Shown: positions 1 through 19,329 of the stretch, piece by piece
Position numbering within the stretch: position 1 is the first letter of the stretch
Layout of the letters: each line of letters begins with the position of its first letter
Assembly: GCF_009914755.1 (NCBI RefSeq)
Contig: NC_060941.1
Reading direction: 5' to 3' (one strand)
Length of the DNA: 64,000 bases
DNA from: the human T2T-CHM13v2.0 reference genome, Homo sapiens
Made by a program: the position numbers and the translations under genes
The notes under the pieces: generated by a model
What the model saw: the letters and a program-made list of their open reading frames with translations, nothing else
What the model was told of the DNA's origin: nothing
Database searches by the model: none

Positions 1-749
1 ACCCTTGATCCAAAATAAATAAACCCTTACTACTAATTAACAAGAAGACAACTGAATTTTTTTTGGCTTGAAACAACCACCATTTTATTATGACAACTGA
101 AGTTTTAAAATGGATGAAATATTTGAACAGTTGTTCACAAAAGAAGATGTAAGAGTGGTCACTAAACACGTGAAAAGATGTTCAACACCATTATCAGGAG
201 AACTGCAAATTAAAACCAGAATGAGATACCACTGTGTATTTATTAGTATAACTAAAATTAAAAAGGCTCTCACTGCCAAGTGTTGGCGAGAATATGGAGG
301 AACAGGAACTCTCATGCACAGCCTGGGAGAGTATAAAGTCACCAGTCACTTTGGAAACTGGCAATTTCTTATGAAGCTAAAATTATAAACTTTATAACTC
401 AGCCATTACACACCTATGTGTTTTCCAAAGAGAAATTAAAATATATGTCCACTTAAAGACTTTACATGGACATTTATAGCACTTTTATACATATCAGCCA
501 AAAACTGGAAACAATACAATGTTTATCAGCAGGGAAACAACAAAATGTGGTATCCATACAAAGGAATACTGCTCAGCTATGAAAAGGAGCAAACTATTAA
601 CATACTCAACAACATGACGATCTGTAAAACAGGCTGAATGAAAAACCAGACTAGAATACATACTGTTTAATTCCTTATATAACCTATTTAATTACTTATA
701 TAAGCTTATGTAAGATTATAGAAAATAGAAACTAAAATAACAGAAAAAA

Positions 750-1166
<417 letters not shown>

Positions 1167-1205
1167 TTACCAGATGTATATATTTATCAAAATTTACTGA
1201 ATTGC

Positions 1206-1507
1206 GGCTGGGCACGGTGGCTCACACCTGTAATCCCAGCACTTTAGGAGGCCGAGGTGGGCGGATCACTTGAGGTCAGGAGTTTGAGACCAGTCTGGCC
1301 AACATGGTGAAACCCCATCTCTACTAAAAATACAAAAAATTAGCTGGGCATGGTGGCACACACCTGTAGTCCCAGCTACTCAAGAGTCTGAGGTGGGAGA
1401 ATCGCTAGAACCCAGGAGGTGGAGGTTGCAGTGAGCCATGACTGTGCCATTGTACTCCAGCCTGGGTGACAGAGTGAGACTCTGTCTCAAAAAAAAAAAA
1501 AAAAAAA
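1206..1507 (+). mobile_element. AluS
   Basis: Full Alu; TSD caaaattta(c/t)tgaattg. Confidence 0.93.
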
Positions 1508-1769
1508 CACAAAATTTATTGAATTGTATATGTTATATAGGTAATAGTTTATTATTTGCCAATTATAGTTTTAGAAAGAGAAGATCAGTAGATGAATAGG
1601 AAATGGAATTGAATCTGGAATAAGATAGCAACTAGATGGTAGTGAGTGAGTAGGAAAATGACTAAGAGAATGCTTAGATTGAGCAGAAAATATATGGTAA
1701 GAAAAGCCACTAGAATTTTATCGTAGTCTGCTAATTAAGTTATGGTTGTATTTGAGTCAAATACCTAAA

Positions 1770-2100
1770 AATTAAATGCCTACAATAATGGTACATGAGA
1801 AACCACTCCAAAACTTACAGCAACCAAAAATAAGCACTTTAAAAAACTCATGGGCTTGCAAGTATTGGTTGAAATGGCTCTGATTCGTGCTGTAGGTTGG
1901 CTGGATGGCTCTAGCATTCAAGTTGAGCTCATCATCTGTGATTGTTTCTGGGTTCAGGCTGAAGGGGTATCAGCCAGGAGCTTCTCCTGGTGTATCACCA
2001 GAGCACAAGAACACAAGTTAAACTGTACAGGCACATTTCAAGCCTCTCCTCGTAAGATCGCATTGTCCAAATAAAGTCACTTGGACAAATCCAAAAAAGT
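1770..2100 (-). mobile_element. Old MaLR LTR (MLT1I/J/K-like)
   Basis: Motifs aaaccactccaaaactta, ggcacatttcaagcctct, aaagtcacttggacaaatcca. Confidence 0.55.
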
Positions 2101-2273
2101 TTTATTGTGGGAAGTATAAATAAACATAACCCCAAGGTACTTCTATGTCCCTATCCTCCAGTTTCAACAATTATCTCTATTTTGCAACTCTTGTTTCTTA
2201 TATTTCTTCCCTCTTCTATTATGCTCAAGGGCACTAATAAATATGGAGCAGCGCCTTAAAACCAACTGCCCTG

Positions 2274-2730
<457 letters not shown>

Positions 2731-3521
2731 TTAGCAGCTGCTTATTTTCTAACATTCCTCAGAACAATGAAAAATTCAGGTAATCGTTCGAGAACTAAGA
2801 AATGAAAATATAGCCAGGTTTGCTTTGGCAGTTGGGCCAAACTAATCATTGTTTTTACAACTCTGTTAAAGAGAAAGCATGAGTTTATTTGATTAAATAT
2901 GGCACAGATTTCTAAGTCTTGAAATAGATGAGAATAAGCAGTTTATAATCAACAAATCAGAAAATGTAAACAATCTGATGTGCAAATGCTAAAAGAATGC
3001 TGAGAATTAAGAGAGTCTGGGGAACTAGAGATATAGTGTTTGTGTATTATTTGTGTGCAGCTTGCCATGTTAGGAATACAGATTAGGAATTTGGATACAT
3101 TGGCTATTAGACATTCATTTCTTGGCACAGTTTTAATCATTGTTTAATCCCTGTGCACACTGGCTACCTTAAGTAGAAGGTACTTTTTTCAAATGTTGTA
3201 AAGTGTAAACCATCTCTGACTGGAGAATTGGCATCATCAAGAAAATAATGACCAACATATATTCTGAAATATTCAGTACCTGCTTTTTTACAGAATCCTC
3301 TTTTTGAGGGGGCCTGTATTATATTTATCACAGAGTTTAATTTACTGTGATTTAATTAAACTTTATTTTTTTATTTCCCCCGTGAGACTATAAACTCCTC
3401 AAGAATAAGGGACTGTGCTCATTGTATCATCAGATAATTCTGCTAGATGCTGTTAAAGATAAAAATATATTAAGTAGCTATTTAGACAATTTGTACTTAA
3501 TAATCACAGTTTTCTTGGCAG

Positions 3522-3742
3522 GATGATGAAATGGTTGAGAACATAGGCTCAAGAACCAGATTGCTTGGACTTAAATATTGTCTCTGTTACTTAACTAACT
3601 CTGTAACCATAGACAAGCAAGAACTTAATCTTTGTGTACCTCACTTTTGCTATTTGTAAGATAAGAAATGTCGTGAAGATTAAATGATTTAATACATATA
3701 GTGCATTTAGAAAAGTACAGTAATATCTCAATAAGTTATTGT
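3522..3742 (+). mobile_element. MIR
   Basis: MIR core cttaatctttgtgtacctcactttt...tgtaa..gtgaagattaaatga. Confidence 0.75.
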
Positions 3743-4091
3743 TACAGTCATCACTACTACTACTAATAGTACTATCAACATTATTCCAGAAATAAACTTC
3801 AAACACTGTTTTAAAATAATATTAAATATGCTGCATTTAATCAGTTGTGATCAAGTCCTGTATTTATGTTGAATTGGCAAGTCAAACAATTTGAACCTAC
3901 AAATTGTTCCCTCTGCTCTTTTTCCCTGACTCTACTGTTCAATGTCAAACTCATCCATTAATTTCAAGTACACCCTCCTCTAAGAATCCTGTTCCATCCC
4001 TTTCCTCCCCTCACCCTCCCAAAATAAGGATAATTGTTTTGTCTCTGTGCTCTTCCTAGCACTTCCTTTAATTTACAAAATATTTCTTCTA

Positions 4092-4375
4092 GGCTGGGCA
4101 TGGTTCATGCCTATAATCTCAGCTCTTTGGGAGGTCAATGCAAGAGGGTCAGGAATTCAAGACCAGCCTGGGCAACATAGGGAGACTACATCTCTTTAAA
4201 AAAAAAAAAAAAAAAGCCTGGGTGTGGTGGCACATGCCTGTGGTACCAGCTACTCAAGAGGCTGAAGTGGGAGGATTGCTTGGGCCCACCTGGGAGTTCG
4301 AGGCTGATCGTGTCACTGAACTCCAGCCTGGGTTGACAAAGTGAGACCCTATCTCAAAAAAACAAAAAACAAAAA
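4092..4375 (+). mobile_element. AluJ
   Basis: Diverged Alu with J-type ggaggattgcttg..ccc. Confidence 0.85.
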
Positions 4376-4964
4376 TAATGGCTTCCCTCTAGCCTTAATG
4401 CCATTGCTCCACTTTAAGTTGTTAGCTGATATGAGAAGAGTGGTCAAGTAAAGTTGTTTGTGATTTGTTGGAAGATGTTGGAATATGTTTAACACTCAAT
4501 GGGAAAAACTCATCTGAAAGCACGAGTATGAATTTGAGAAAGACTAATCTTTTTTATCAAGTTTCCCTGAGGACAGGCTTCAGTAAGATCCAAAATATAA
4601 TTGGAAAGATTCATTTTAGATAGGAAAAGGGACAATATTGCTGTTAAAAGGAGGGAAGGATGATAGAGTTGATGGGTTCAGGACAAGTATTACTATTTAA
4701 ACAGTATCACTATTTAAAAGGATGAATGATGTATAGGCAGATTTATATGTTTGTGTTATCAGGAAGCTGAGAAACTTTCTAGTCTTTTTGCCTCATCCTC
4801 CTCCAATCCATTACCCTCAATGCAACCAGAAGAACCTTTATTATATTCAAATCTGATTGTGTCCTTCTCTAAGAAGTACTTACTTCATGCTTTCAGAAAA
4901 TATTTCTTGAATGCCTCCTATGTGTTAGGCACTGAGAATATAGTAGTAGAAAAAAGTAGGCAAA

Positions 4965-5325
<361 letters not shown>

Positions 5326-6264
5326 CTACTAAATTTGCAATGTCACAGAGCCGCCTCTTCTTTCTGCTTACTCTTCTCAGTAGAGAGGAGGGAGAATAAA
5401 TAAAGATACTCTTTATATAACTGCCCATGGTTTGTTAGTGATACATATCTTTAATGGTCTTCTGATAATAACCTGAATTTACCCAGGGTTGATGTTGGAA
5501 GGGCTTCTGTCCTCTTGCTGTTGGTCCTCTCTCTAAACTAGCTCCCTGTAGGTTCAGTTGGCCTAGTGGAAGGTAGATGAACCTGAGTGGTATAGACTAC
5601 CCTCTACAGTCTCAACTTTGGGGCCTATAGGCACAGGCATGAACTTCTTTCTAGGCATGTTGAAAACCATGAACCAGGTGAGGAAGGGAGAAAGTTGTAT
5701 TGTCATGCCTACTGAAATGGAACATTTCAACAAGCCAGCAGGGAGAAAGGTAGTCCCAGAGGTCTGTATTTAAAATGCGTCTTCAAGGTCTTTTGTTCAT
5801 TGCCCTGTGGGCCCTACTTGTCAATTCCAGGAAAACAGAAATTTCACTTGACACCGACACCTCCTACCACCTTAAATTCTGCTTTGTCGGGTAATAATAT
5901 TGCCTCTCGGAATGATTGAACCTCCAAGGACCACATTTAGCAGGTACAGCCCCCTCTCCAAGTGGATTCACCAGCATCTGTCAACCAGAAAAGCTGGAGA
6001 GATCTAAGGTTGTTGCTGTTTCCCTTGCTCTTGGCTCCTCACTCTTCCCTTGTTATTCGGTGGTTACAGAAAATGAAGCATCACTCCTGTTCTCATCTAC
6101 CTTCAGCTTCCAGTGTACTTGCCTCGTGTCACTACCACCCTTATTTTGACAGTTGTATCACTCCAGTGAGGTGTAGGTAGTAGGCGGAAGAGAAGTTGAG
6201 AACTTGTGTTCTGGCTGTCATTTCCACAGAATTCCTAAATAGCCAATTTAAAACAAAGGTTTTC

Positions 6265-8241
<1,977 letters not shown>

Positions 8242-8853
8242 AAAAAAAGAAATGCAAATGTGTTTGGTGCAGTCTTTCCTGAGTGGGAAAAAATAGATAA
8301 AAGTTTTCATTAGTTGAAGATCTATTTAAAACATAACATATTTCATATATAATTTCCTTGAAATCTCTTGATTTCTAATATTATGTCTTTATAAGACAGG
8401 AACTTTAAATGAAAGATCTAAATGTTTAGAGTAGTAAGTTTGCTGATATTTAGTATCCCTCATCTGAGCAACTTAAATAGTATTAAAATATATAGCTTAA
8501 ATATGTAGTGTTATTTGTTTTTTTCATAATTCTAGACTTGTTTCTTAGAGTAAAAAAGCATAAACAAGTATTGTTGAGAATATTGTTTCATTCTCAAGGT
8601 CAGTGCCCTAAGTTTTTAATACATTTTTTGTAATTTTGTAGAAATTATAAATACAGAAAGGAATGCAAATAACAGTTATGCCTTGCTATGAAAATTTATG
8701 AAGTGAACACAAATTAAGATATTGAATGTTTTCAGCAGTTCAGAAGCTTCCTTCATGCTTCCTCTGCATCATTATCCTCCCCTTACAAACATACCCACTG
8801 TTCTGACTGCCATCATCAATTATTTGTTTTACCAATTTCTGAACTTTATATAA

Positions 8854-9165
<312 letters not shown>

Positions 9166-9197
9166 TGAAACTATCTTCTTTTGTTCAGTAATACGGT

Positions 9198-9614
9198 TTT
9201 TTTTTTTTGGAGGGGGGGTTGGGGACAGAGTGTGAGACAGGGTCTCACTCTGTCACCCAGACTAGAGTACAGTGGTGCAATCATGTTTCATTGCAACCTT
9301 GAACTCCCAGGCTCAAGCCATCCTCTTACTTTACCCACCTGAGTAGCTGGGACTACAGGCGTGCACTACCAGGCCTGGCTTCTTTTTTAAAAAAATGTTT
9401 TTTTGGAGCTAGGGTTTTGCCGTGTCACCCAGGCTCGAATAGCTGGGACTACAAGCATGTACCACCACACCCGGCTAGTTTTTGTATTTTTTTGGTAGAG
9501 AAAGGGTTTCACCATGTTGGCCAGGCTAGTCTTGAACTTCTGACCTAAAGTGATCCACCCGCCTCGGCCTCCCAAAGTGCTGGAATTACAGGCGTGAGCC
9601 ACTGCACTTGGCCT
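9198..9614 (-). mobile_element. Fused partial Alus (AluJ part joined to AluS part)
   Basis: AluJ-like to about 9437, then restarts at tagctgggactaca of a second Alu. Confidence 0.8.
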
Positions 9615-10571
9615 TGATGGACATTTTCAACTTGGGCTATGATGAACAGTTTTATGAACATTTGTTATGTGTCTTTTGATGCACCTATTAGTATACTTTT
9701 CCTTTTTTTTATACAACTAGTAGTGGACTTGCTGAGTCATATGGTTTCTGTAAAATGGCAAACATTTTCCAAATTTGAAACCATACATTTTTTAAATGCC
9801 AAACCTTTTATCCAAATTTGATGCTACCAGTTTACATTCCCATCAGCACAGCAGTGTTTCAGTGTTCCTTTGCCCCCTACTGTCAGATGCTATTTTGTTT
9901 GTTTTGTGTGCCATTCTGCACTGTATATGTGTAGCAGTATCTCATTGGAGTTTTGATTTGCATTTCCCAATAATATTGAACACCTTTACATGTGCTTATT
10001 AGCTATTTGGATATTCTCTTTTGTAAATCCTGTATAGATCTTTTGTCTATTTTTTAATTGGATTGTCTTTCTTGTTGATTTGTAGTAGTTATCTCACTCT
10101 ATGGCTTGCCCTTTTACCTTCTTAATGGTGTCTTTGGTGAAAAGATTGACTTTGCCAATCTTTTTTCTTAATGGTTGTTGCCTTTTGGGCCTTTGTAAGA
10201 AATATTTACCTAGTTCTAGGTCATAAAGTTACACTAAAAGGTCGTTTTCCAGAAGACTTATTGCTTCACTTTTTACCTTTGGGTCTATAATCTATATGAA
10301 ACTTATTCTTTTAAGGACAGGATTTACTTTTCCATATGGATATCATATTGATCTGTCACCAATACTTGAAAACACTCTCATGTTACTGAAACACTGCAGT
10401 GAAACTTTTGTTCTGAATCAGGTGATTATATATAGAGAGAGATCTGTTTTTGGATTTTTAAACTCTGTTCCATTGACCACCTTTTTATCTATGCTTTTGT
10501 CTAGCTGTGTCTTAATTACTTTAGCTTTATATTAATCTCGATATTAAGCAGTATGCCCTTCTCTCTCTCTC

Positions 10572-10921
<350 letters not shown>

Positions 10922-11429
10922 TAAAACTTATAATCCCTTAGTCTTTATGGTGACATATTCCTCAACCAGATTTCTGGGAGCGTAGCCTAATGCGTAAACA
11001 CACTGCTTACAAAGAGCCAAAATAAAACCAAGAACTACAAATTTAAATAGTTTTAATCAGCATAATGCATGAGTGCTGTATGATTTATTTTGTGTATCAC
11101 AGTCTCACAGAGATTGTTTTTCAACAACCAGATATCTGTTTCTCATACCTCAAAGTTGTCGTCATTATTAAAGAAGTTACAGAATTCCATTCAAGGAAAG
11201 TACTGTCTTTGTTTAGGGACATATCTTAATTGGAGTGTATTGTGTTATGAAGATGAGACCCTCTTCATATCACCTGGATGGTCATGGATGAGACAAACAT
11301 ATAGGTCAAATAATTGATATGATGACTTGAGAAATTTTGAGAGTTTTGAGCAAATTCAGTGGGCAGAGGGGAGCTGGGGACTGATGCCTGGCAATATGGT
11401 GAGAGACTGGACTTGGAGATGACGGTATA

Positions 11430-11715
11430 ACTTAGGAGTAAAGAGCCTGAGGTCTAGAGCCAGATTGCCTGGCTCAGCCACTTACTAGCCATATGAATTT
11501 GGTAAGTTACTTATTCTTTGTATGCTTTATTTTCGTTATTTGTAAAGTATGGATAATATTGCCTACCTTGTAGGGCAGTTTGATGATTAAATTAGTTAAT
11601 ATAGGTAAAATGCTTAGGAATAGTACCTGGCATGTGCAATTAACTAGACTACAGACCTTACTCAGATTTGGTTAATGGTATACTTAATTGCCATATATAG
11701 CTAGCTATTATTATA
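11430..11715 (+). mobile_element. MIR
   Basis: agagccagattgcctgg..ccacttactagc..ggtaagttactt..tgtaaa..gattaaattagttaat. Confidence 0.75.
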
Positions 11716-11772
11716 GCTAATAAAAGTTATAATCTGCCCCAGAGAGAACAACCACCAAAAATTATGTTTTTT

Positions 11773-11833
11773 TATATATATATATACATATATGTGTGTG
11801 TTTGTGTATATACAGACACATACACATATGTGT
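11773..11833. repeat. (TA)n/(TG)n/(CA)n compound microsatellite
   Basis: Directly visible. Confidence 0.85.
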
Positions 11834-12391
11834 TTTTTGAAGAAATGTTCTAAGTGTGATGAAAACTATAAACCCACAGATACAAGAAGTTCAATGAATC
11901 CTAAGCACAAGAAACATGAAGATTTCACTAAGACACAATATGAAACTGCTTAAAACTAATGATAAAGGAAAAACTATTAAAATCAGTCAGAAAAATCACA
12001 GACAGTGGAGAAACAAAGATGACAGCACACTTCTCTTTGAAAAAAAAATTCAAGACAGAAGACAAGTGGGGCAGCATCCTTTTTTAAATTCTTTAATTTT
12101 CAAATTTAGGAATAGCATCTTTAAATTACTGAGACAAAGACACTATCAACCTAGAATGGTATACCCTGAAAAATACATATTTCAAAAATGAAAGCAAAGT
12201 GAAGGTTTTCTCAAACATATAAAAAATGGAAGACTTTATCACCAGTTGACTTGTACTACAAGAAATGTCTAAGAAATTTCTTCAGGCAAAAGAAAAATGA
12301 TACCACATGGAAATTCACAGAACTATACACAAAATGTACCCAAAAAACCCCAACCACAACAAATGAGTGCAGGCAAAATCTGACAAAATCA

Positions 12392-12537
12392 GGCTGGCCA
12401 GGGTGACATGCACCTGTATTCCCAGCATGCTGAGGGTGCTGAGGGTGCTGAGTTTGAGAGGACCACCTGAGCTCAGAGGTTCCGGAACAGCCTGGACAGC
12501 AAAGCTGAGACCCCATCTCTTAAAAAAAAAAAAAAAT
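12392..12537 (+). mobile_element. FLAM/Alu monomer with triplicated 9-mer tgctgaggg
   Basis: Monomer ending gagaccccatctct plus A tail. Confidence 0.75.
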
Positions 12538-12539
12538 CT

Positions 12540-12851
<312 letters not shown>

Positions 12852-12974
12852 CTAGTTAATTGTATTCTCCCAGTGTCATTTTCCCATATAACTCACTGTG
12901 GTTATGTAAAATGTTACCTTTGGGAAAACTGGGTGATGGGTACATGGTTCTATCTGTACTGTTATGGGGTTTTC

Positions 12975-14920
<1,946 letters not shown>

Positions 14921-15506
14921 ATGAACATGGAAAACCATAATGCACCCTCCCCCCTGCAAAAAAAGAAGATTTGATACACACAATATGGATGAAACTCATT
15001 CTAAAATACACATTGCCTCCAAAGACCAGACAATCTTTAAAGTATGTCAAAGAATTTTCTTAAATTTTTTTAAATCACTTTCTCTGTTCTTAAAAATTAA
15101 GAACCCAATAACCCTGATAATTTAGCACTGATTTCTCTCTCTTAAGCTACCACTATTTCCATTAAATCCTCCCTTTTAGTGATCTTCAAATGGCCCTATT
15201 GTTAATTGTAATGAGGGGGAAAAAGGCTATCTTTATTCCACTGGCCAGACTTTTTTCTCCTGGTAAATTTTCATTTTGCAGGCAGAGAGGTTTTATCGTA
15301 GCAGTTACTTGCAAGTGGGAAGTAGAAATGAAACAAAAAGGGAAGAAAAATGGTAGTATTTAAGGAAGAATGCAGAATCAACGTACACTAAGTAGGAAAA
15401 AAATGAAAATGCGTGACCTGGTGACATTTTAAGCATATTTTAAATGAAATGGTTTGGAGGGGAGGACCTGGCTTTGTGTTTCAACATACAGTATTTGAAT
15501 ACACTA

Positions 15507-15597
15507 TTATGTTGGTGCAAAAGTAATTGTGGTTTTTGCCATTACCTTTAATGGTGCCATAATGGCAAAAACCTCAATTACTTTTGCACCAAACTAA
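15507..15597. mobile_element. MADE1 (Hsmar1-derived MITE) palindrome with TA TSD
   Basis: TIRs ttatgttggtgcaaaagtaattgtggtttttgccatta and taatggcaaaaacctcaattacttttgcaccaaactaa; TA at 15505-6 and 15598-9. Confidence 0.95.
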
Positions 15598-15687
15598 TAA
15601 ATTCCTGCAAGTGAGAAGCTGTTCATCTGGTCCTACAGAGCAACTTCAAAATATATTTCAGATATTCCCACCTTTTAAAAAAATATA

Positions 15688-16024
<337 letters not shown>

Positions 16025-16789
16025 TAAAATAGGAAATGAAAGTGGAATAGGGAAGAGGTTACTGACAGTTAAGTCTGTAATCTAGAAACCAGAAAGGAAG
16101 TGCCTCTACTGTTTCTACTTTATTCCACCAGAAATCCTGGCATACTTTCAGGAAGAGGAGACAGAGGCAGCCGTTGATAATCTAAGACTTAAGATGGAGG
16201 GATTCGCAATTAGGTCCCTGTCTGTTATTTGAGAAGCCCCCACTAATTCATCTACTAGGCCTTTCATAATGTGTAAAATTTTACTCAAGATCAACAAATA
16301 AGAAAAGTTCAAAACAAATGTAATTGCCAAAGATAGTTTTTTCGTATCATAACCTGGTATCGGATTTCTTTCGTTATAGAGTGCACGACAGATAATATAT
16401 TAATGTCATCCTCAAATGATATTTTGAGACGAGGTAAGTAAATAGGAAAGAAAAAGTAGATTTAGCAAGGTTTAAAAAATACCAGTCAAACCAGATGAAA
16501 AGGACCTGGTGTGGTAGCAGTATCTAATATAGCCACTCACAGAAGAATTCTTGAACTTCTTTCTGCATTAGTACTTGGAAGTACTGAAAGTAGTAATGTA
16601 GAAAGGGTTGCAGTTATCTGTCTCTTAAGAACCTCCATTCGATTACCTTACTTAGTGTTTACAACATGCTTTGTTAAGATTATTGAGATTAACATACTAT
16701 GAGCAATATGCCTATTATTACAAGTTATCTCTTATTCAGACATTCTCACCATTTGTAATATTTCTTTCCAGTGAGGAAGACACTGTGTT

Positions 16790-17045
16790 GTGCTCATTGG
16801 GAGCATAGATTCTGGAGTCAGGGAGCTCAAGTTCTAATCCTGGCTCTGCCATTTACTGGTTTTATTACTTTGAGCAAATAATTTAATGTATCTGTGCCTC
16901 TATTTTCTCATCTGTAAAATGAGGGTAATAATTTCTACCTTAGAAAGTGGAATCTAAAGTTATGAAGGTTAAGCTAATATATGTAAAGTGTTTACACTAG
17001 TGACTTGTACATCATAAGCATTATGTAAGTATATGCTAAATAAAT
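16790..17045 (+). mobile_element. MIR
   Basis: ctggagtcag..ttctaatcctggctctgccatttact..ttttctcatctgtaaaatgagg. Confidence 0.85.
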
Positions 17046-18209
17046 ATATACTCTTATTTTCCATATAGATTATAAACTTTTCAAAGTCAATGACTATATC
17101 TCCGTGTTGTATAAATTCTCGTATCTGTTGTTAACCATGTACATAGGAAACACTTATTATCAGAGTAACTTTGTAGGAGACAGTGAAATAGAGCCCCAGA
17201 ATATCTAGAGGTCTGGAATCTACAATGAGAAAAATTTGCAAAAGATTAGTTAGTTTAACCTTTAGGAGGGAGGAAAGTGTTACTCATTAATTTGAAGAGA
17301 CCAGTTTTGCCTTTTCATTTTATCAAGGAATAAGAAGCTTTCAATTGTTCTTGAGAAAAAAATAAGTTATCTAAATGTTTATAACATAAAAATAACCCTA
17401 CTGATTCTCTTATTTCTGTTCTGTGGCAAAGAAATCTATTTATGTTGCCTCTGGGAGGATAATAGGAGAGGAAAAATAGAGCCTTGTTTTTCTACCTTGA
17501 CATACATTCAGTGAGAGTTTTGTAGAGATTTTTCACAGATGGAACTTGAGTTCAGTACTAATACACAAAAATACACATATACCCTATCTCTGACCCCCAG
17601 CTTGTGACTTTATTAGAGAAGTTGATATAAATGTTAAATGGAATAATAACAATGCAGATCTTACCTTCTTAGCATTTGGAGTGGTTTACTGTGTAATACT
17701 GAATATCCTAAATAATAGGATATGATTGTGTTTTGTGATGCTGTTGTTTTGGCATCAAACCGTATGACACTTCAGTTAATGCTTGTAATGCTAATGGATA
17801 TATCTGACCCCATAAAAAGATTTTTGTAATGTCCTTTAAAATCTGTGCTACTGTGGATTGTTACAAGGTGAGATTAAATGCTCTGAATTTAGAACAAAGC
17901 CTGAATAAATATGGACGGTAAGTCAACCTAACATAAACAGATACTCATTTTAGGTAAAATTTTTTTTCTGCCTCACATTTATAATCATTTTGAGTTCCCT
18001 GGCTCATTTTTATTTGATTCGTGTAAATTTTTTACTTGGAAGCGAATTTATATTGGGAGTGAGTAGTCCAAGAAAAACCTCATAACTTTGTAATTTTTGA
18101 GTTAAAATGTGAAAACTAAAGAAATGACCAAAGTGAATGTACAAATAGTTGCAGAACTAGACCATTTTATTTTGAAAGATTCATGTTCTTCAATGCCTTC
18201 TTGTTACAG

Positions 18210-18358
18210 GTGATGCTGAACAGGAGCTTGGCCCCCCTCCATCTGTAGATGAGGCAGCAAACACACTCATGACTCGTCTGGGTTTCCTCCTTGGAGAGAA
18301 AGTCACAGAAGTTCAGCCAGGTGACCAATACAGCATGGAAGTACAGGATGAAAATCAG
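18210..18358 (+). CDS. TANC2: TANC2 coding exon A (149 nt, phase 1 to 0)
   Basis: Acceptor ttcttgttacag, donor CAG|gtaagc; translates (G)[49 protein letters not shown], recognised as TANC2 N-terminal region; not in the ORF track. Confidence 0.95.
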
Positions 18359-18589
18359 GTAAGCTGTTTGCTATCACCTTTGTGAAACATGGTGTGAATC
18401 AGCTTATTATGCCAGAAATAATCCCAATTGTTGAATGCCTTTTGAGGCCTAGAATACAACTTAACTTTCCATAATCACTATTATTTCTTCAGTTTATGAA
18501 TAATCTTTTAGCTTTAGTCTTAGATTTAACAACCCAAAAAGCCACTTTTAGGTTTTGATTGATTTAATGAATGAACGAGCAAGCCAACA

Positions 18590-19030
18590 AATAAAATTGA
18601 CACGTATATAAGCACTGCACCCCAAATTTGCAGAATATACATTCTTTTCAAGTGCATGTGGATTATTTACCGAATTGGTTATATGCTGAGCCATAGAGCA
18701 GGTCTTGACAAATTTCCAAAGATTCCAGTTACTGTGACCACAGTGGAATTTATCAATTACAAAATGATAATTTAGAAAGTGGGATCTAAAAGATTACTTG
18801 GATCATTAGTTCAGATTTTCTACTTTTCTGAAATACACATTTAAAACTAATATTTCTTTTTAAGCACATCTTTAGCTATATCCTACAAGTTTTTTTATAC
18901 TTAGTTTTTATTCCAATTTAAAATATTTTCTCATTTTTTTGTGATTTCCTCTTGGACTCAAAGGCTACTTAGAAGTGTATTACTCAATATCTAAATATTT
19001 GGGGATTTTCTAAGTATCCGTCTCAGAAAG
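18590..19030. mobile_element. Old L1M fragments (sense endonuclease piece then antisense piece)
   Basis: gcagaatatacattcttttcaagtgcatgtgga (EYTFFSSA-type) on +; antisense L1 motifs after 18800. Confidence 0.6.
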
Positions 19031-19329
19031 TTAAAAAAATCTACAATTTAAAAAATATTTTATAGTTTTCTTTCTTTTTGCTATTTTCATTTTTTTCAGT
19101 TTAAATGTAGCAAAAAAAAGTACTAGAGTCAGATTCATTTGTATGATCTTAATCTTCAGCGTGAATGTCTGATAGTGAAGCATTTTATTCAGGAGATGAC
19201 AAATTAATTTTAAATTGCATATTTTATTAATAAATATTAGTGAAGAGTCTATATCACATACTACTTTTGTTACAATGAGATATACAAGGATTATTTGAAT
19301 ATATTTATATATTGTGTGGATAAGTTCAG

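Noticed and set aside
11498-11507. TTG|GTAAGT donor-like motif
   Set aside because: Part of a MIR core with weak exonic positions and no convincing upstream acceptor
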